64,000 bases of DNA from Mytilus californianus (Eukaryota), in the NCBI RefSeq assembly GCF_021869535.1, contig NW_026262690.1, forward strand, positions 29,698,001-29,762,000, written 5' to 3'. The notes beneath the pieces are model-generated. The model saw nothing but the letters and a program-made list of their open reading frames with translations. It was not told where the DNA came from and ran no database searches. This document shows positions 59,089-64,000 of this stretch, one piece after another. Both the position numbers and the translations under genes were made by a program. Positions within the stretch are counted from its first letter, which is position 1; each line of letters begins with the position of its first letter.

Positions 59089-59413
59089 GGCTTACAGTTT
59101 ACAGTTTAGTGTTTAAATGAATGAATCTAAAATAATGTAATAAAATAATTTTTACAAAAATTACAAGACTACTTACTGTATGTAGTGCTACTAAATATAA
59201 CAAAATTTGAAACTTAATAAAACAGCAAATAATTAATCAACTGTAATTAATTGACTTTTCTATAAATTTATTGTTTTAAAAGTATATAGGTCTCGGGTGA
59301 AGAGTTATCTCATTTGGGAATCTTACCACATCTTCTTTTTTATATTACATGATATGTGTCGTTTTCTGAGTGAATTAGAAGACGATAAAATCGTCTCATA
59401 AATTTTTTCCTAG

Positions 59414-59575
59414 TTGTCGCTCCTTGACGCTCCTTGTCGCTTCTTGTCGCTAAAGTTCTTCTTGTCGCTAATTAGTGAGACCGTGTATTGTTAAAATAAA
59501 GAACATCCGAACGTAGGTATTTTCCGAAACGCATGCGTATATGAAATGTTTTCTCCTCTCGAACTACAACTTCCG
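59414..59575 (+). promoter_or_regulatory. Candidate BRMS1L proximal promoter
   Basis: Five TTG(T/A)CGCT motifs, NRF1-like palindrome ACGCATGCGT at 59529-38 and ETS-like ACTTCCG at 59569-75, within 230 bp of the ATG. Confidence 0.45.
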
Positions 59576-59641
59576 TTTACCGCATTTATATTATTTTAAA
59601 GTAAAGTCTGTCTTATTCTGTTATATCTAATATTTAAAAAA

Positions 59642-62600
59642 ATGCCGACCATTGAAAGTGAGAAGAATGAAACAGAAGAAGAGGAGATGGATCATGAACC
59701 AGCTGATAGCGATAAAAGCTCAGACGAAGAATCAGAATCTGGCTCTGTTGACGACGACGAAATATCTGGTAAATAATAATTTTCAATTTTCCAATTAGTG
59801 TGGTAATTTTTTCTTAAATTATGATTGCTACTTAACTATTACATTATTTAAGTTAATTACAGGTTTATATGAAGCAATATCACGTCCCTTTTCTCCCATT
59901 GACGAGAAATCGAGTTTTTTTTTTTCATTTTTAAGGGCTTATAAGTTATACATCATTATGCTTGTAATCCATATATATTGCCACTGAAGTTATGTAGAAT
60001 ATAGTAATGTCTCATCGTACGCGTTTTGTAGCTTGACCATATGGATGGCTTATTATGTATGCCTGTAACTAAAATATGAGCTACCTTCAAGGATGCCATG
60101 CCATGTGCACATGCAGAACACTTCTAGACAAGATAAGACAAGACAAGACAATTTATTAACAACTTAGGCACACGTAAGGTGCTACAAGAGGATAACAATT
60201 ATACATTAACAATTACATATATACTTATACATTTACAAGATGACAGACCACCCACGTCACTGGCACGTGTATGCAATGTGGTATCACATATACAGTAAAA
60301 ACAACTTGCATGCAATTTGGTGTAGATTAAATTTTTTTTTAACTTTTATTCTATAGCAAAAGTATCAGTTCATTGATTTTGTAATAGATTTATTTTTCAA
60401 AATGACTCCAGATAAATGTATAGATAAAAGACCATGAAGCTAACTCAGTCAGGTGAACTTCTAAAAGGATGATATGTTTATCAGAAAAGCATCCATGAAA
60501 ACAATTGAGTGCCACTTTCGGCAAAGATCAGGAAGTATAAATTTTTATGGCATTTTAGATAAAAGTAGGGAAGGGTGTGTACATGTAGAGTCCTGCTGAA
60601 AGCACTTGTAAAAATAAATGAATTTGGATATTGAGAATTTTCTTTTTTGTGTTCTGCAGAACTAGATGAGGAAGAATGTGACCAAAGAAGAACTCATTGT
60701 TTAGATGAAATGGCAGATCTGGAAAGACAGTTTTCTGATATAAAAGAGCAGTATGTTAGAATTTGTTACTGTAAAATTAGATTGATTGGTGTTTAACACC
60801 ACTTTCAGCACTGTTGGCTATTTTGTGGCCGTCAGTTCGTATAGGTGAAGGTATCAGGAGTGTCGGAGAGAACCACTGGTATTATTGCTAACCCCTACTG
60901 TATGTCAAAAATTTATGAAAGACTTCAGTGGGGTTTCTACTGAATTACCTTGTGTATATTTACTATTAGATTATCTTGGATCCCAATGTACATATTGATG
61001 CATACAGAGGTGTTTAATTAACAACTGATTTCTACATGTAAATAAAATTCTGATTGAATGTAGTATTAAACAATCAATATTTAATTACTAGAGTTCTAGA
61101 AGCAAAACATTATTTTTAGGACAAATTGAAGTATTATGAAATAAGCAAAGACCACTGCCAATTAAAAATGTAATATTATTAAAATAATTGACAAATACAT
61201 TTTTGTGCCATCAGACTATACAAGGAAAGAATGAGTCAGATAGAACAGAAACTGATTGAGATGAAGGCAGGAAAAGCAATAGAGTATTTAAATCCTTTGG
61301 CAGAATTACAGGAAAATATGAGGATAAACATAGAAGTAGCAGGTTTGTCTTGTCAGTTGTCTCCCCTTGTTTATGGTGTTACAAATTATACATATGCAGT
61401 AAAAAATTTAAAACTTTAATTGCCAGTTCTTACTGGCAAGGATTTAATTTTATTGCAGTTATATATCTAGTACAATAAAAAATGTCTAAACTTACAGTGA
61501 AGCTTGCTGTTTGAAAAGTTAAAACTATCAATGGAGTGGAACACAAATTGAAATGGAACTGCAGTGTGAATACAAATAATCAGCCATACAATTATAAGTG
61601 CAGGGATAGGGCTGACTCAATAGTCAATACAACCTCTTGAGTTTGAGTTCTGTTGCCAATTTTTGTCTGCCATTAGATGATAGTCCCTATAGTGAAACAT
61701 AGCAATCATATAATCTGTCCTTTCTTTTGTACTTGTATTTTAAAGTACCCTGATGATAAAGTTGTTGACAACCTGAATTCTGGGCTTTTTTTAAACTATT
61801 TTTAGTTACAAAGAAATTTTATTGACTATGTAATAATATTTATTATCTTGGTATAATCAGGGGTGTACAGAATTTTACACTGGTGTTGAAAATTCATACA
61901 ACCTGAGGCACAGCCAAAGACTATACATTTTGAACACCTGTGTAAAATTCCGTTCACCCCCTGATTGCACCAAGATAAGTTTATTTCTTATGAATCGTTC
62001 TTTTACTTATTTTATACTGGGGAATAAAATTGAAAAATTCTTATGAAGAACTTCCACTGCACATTTTTTCAACACCTATGTTGTTGTGCATTGTCAAATA
62101 TTACCTTTTTTCGTTTTTATACGCCTGTCTTAGACAAGAAAACAGTATATGGTATACTGTTGTCCATTGTCAACACTTCGGACAATTACTCAAAACTCTT
62201 TCACTAATTTTTATGAAACTTTGGTGAATTGTTTATTTCTATTGATGTAAGCTCCCTTTCGATTTTTATATATTTTAGATTTTATGTTTGAGTTAGGAAA
62301 TTTGATTCATTAAAAAGGGGGATTTTCCAGTTTTCAGACAATAACTCGAAAACTCTTTGAGCAGTTTTCATGAAACTATGATGAATTGTTTATATCTATT
62401 GACCTAAGCTCCCATTTGATTTTTATAAATTTTAGAATTTACGTTTCCAAGTTCATGAAGTTATGGGATTTTACTCATAAAAAGGGGGAATTTTCAAGTT
62501 TTCGGACAATAACTCGAAAATGCTTTGAGCAGTTTTCCTGAAACTTTGGTGACTGATTTTTATCTATTAGAATAACCTCCTTGTAGTGTTTTTCTAAATT

Positions 62601-62823
62601 TCTGATATGACATTGAGGAGTTATGGAACTTTTTTCATTGAAAAAGCAACGGGCGTATCATGCACTCATGGCACAGCTCTTTATTGGTCTATGTAGTTAT
62701 AATCTTGATTCTGTTATAGTGCTGATGTATTGATTTATTTCAGGAATTTTGAGAGAGTACATGATACAAAATATTCAAAGAAAAGTTGAAAGTGAAGAAA
62801 TTGGTTCAAAACAAAATATGGAG
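59642..62823 (+). CDS. BRMS1L: Breast cancer metastasis-suppressor 1-like (Sds3-like family, Sin3/HDAC subunit), 5' part; gene continues past the window
   Basis: Exons: 59642-59768 (acidic [19 protein letters not shown]...), 60660-60750 ([31 protein letters not shown]), 61215-61342 ([13 protein letters not shown]...[18 protein letters not shown]), 62744-62823 ([14 protein letters not shown]...). All GT-AG with consistent phases. Confidence 0.9.
60778..60880 (-). mobile_element. Degenerate 3' half of the same SINE family as 25512-25773
   Basis: gattgattggtgtttaacaccactttcagc...ggctattttgtggcc...ggagtg...agaaccac. Confidence 0.55.
61843..61978. mobile_element. 136-bp foldback MITE/hairpin in BRMS1L intron 3
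   Basis: ~51-bp arms (ttatcttggtataatcaggggtgtacagaattttacactggtgttgaaaat and its near-perfect reverse complement) around a ~33-nt loop. Confidence 0.8.
62114..62682 (+). mobile_element. HINE-like element with ~3 internal repeats in BRMS1L intron 3
   Basis: Subterminal inverted repeats tttatacgcc and gggcgtat, 3' gcactcatggcacagc hairpin-like end, repeated ttcggacaataactcgaaa...atgaaactttggtgaattg units. Confidence 0.7.
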
Positions 62824-64000
62824 GTATTTTTTTAATCATATTTTATTCAATATTATTTAGAATAAATATTTTCACTGTGTGTAATATAATACATATGATG
62901 TAAAGATAAAACCAACATCTAAACCATCTTATTAAAGTCCAAGGACTGCAACAATTAACTTCTTTCTAAGTTATGTAATCTTGTACGTTTCCAGTTTTTC
63001 CATTCTGTGTAAGTTTGTGATTAGGTCAGTTTAAGAGGAACTGCCAGTGGTAGGTCAATGATATGTGGTATGGGGTTGTAATAGAATGGGTTCATTGACT
63101 TTTGAAATTTTTGCATAGTTTGCATGTAAAAGGTTGTGTTTGTGGTTAAGGTCCGTTCAAAGAGAACCACTTATGATAAATCAATGGTATTTTGTATTCT
63201 GTTGTACTAGAATTTACAGGACCTCGTTTCCACAGAGATTATTTGGCTTGCACCGTCAGTCATGGTTCATTTACATTAGTGTTTTGAATACAGTGTTTTC
63301 CCTAGGCTATTCAAGCATTGCGGTACCGCTACGCATAAATTTCGACCGCCATGCTTTCGTTGTTGCCGCAATGCATCCCGCTATGTGTGAAAATTATAAC
63401 TGTGTAAAATATTTATTATCGATATTTTGAAAGTGAAGTGACAAGTGACAACTTCACACAGATATTTTAAACTCATCTGACTGATAATTGGATGCATCAT
63501 GTCGCGCATGCCGGGATTTTACAACCTTCTTGATTAGTTGGTTATACATCGAGACTTCGGTTACATAATAAAAGTTGCCAGTTAGCTGGTAAATAAATAG
63601 TCAGATTAATCTCCAATGCATATCTTTCTGTGCTAAATAAAAAGTTTAACCTTTTCCAGTATAAATTTCACCTTTAAAACGAGTGTTCGACATCGTTATT
63701 TTACTGTGATCTTTAAAAAGTAGAAATTTAAAATTTGGTATAGTCTCTTGTATTTTAAAATAAAACTAACGAAAATTTCACCGAGAATGGACAAAACATT
63801 TTTTTTTAATAAAGTTTCGCAGTTATTTCCTCAGCTATATTCACATCCATGAATTATTTTTTGATTGGTCAGTCACAACAATCAGTTATTTTTAGATTAG
63901 TCACGGTTGATTGATTATATCAAAGAATACGCATCACCGCCACCGGGCCGAGAAAAAGACGTGTCTTATGAAATATTTAAAAAATTTGATGGAAAAACTT

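Noticed and set aside
63134-63430. 98-aa plus-strand ORF as a further BRMS1L exon
   Set aside because: No resemblance to the expected Sds3-like continuation (SEK.LL...) and no convincing splice sites; probably intronic.

Overview
AT-rich animal genomic DNA with spliceosomal introns. The repeat families look like those of a bivalve, probably Mytilus (recognised by pattern, not database-checked). I reconstructed four intron-containing genes by hand from GT-AG sites and reading-frame continuity. (1) A complete Dicer-1 on the minus strand: 16 coding exons, 27987->7759, about 1898 aa. (2) ALKBH6 on the plus strand, head-to-head with Dicer: 6 exons, about 225 aa. (3) A very large secreted fibrinogen-domain (FReD, angiopoietin-like architecture) protein on the minus strand: 4 exons, about 1675 aa, including a 4.3-kb exon. 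(4) The first four coding exons of BRMS1-like on the plus strand, running off the window. Introns and intergenic DNA carry non-autonomous Helentron-type (HINE) elements with internal satellite arrays, MITEs, a tRNA-derived SINE and retroelement remnants. Most notable: a 7x46-bp array that copies Dicer's exon-3 splice donor, where every extra donor leads to a premature stop; loss of the canonical ATPase motifs in the Dicer helicase while both RNase III sites are intact; a 17-aa coding VNTR and let-7 seed matches in the Dicer CDS; the giant FReD protein; a transposon-borne C/EBP-site array; and two cases of the same HINE family sitting inside a local inverted duplication. No CRISPR, rRNA or true tRNA gene is supported.
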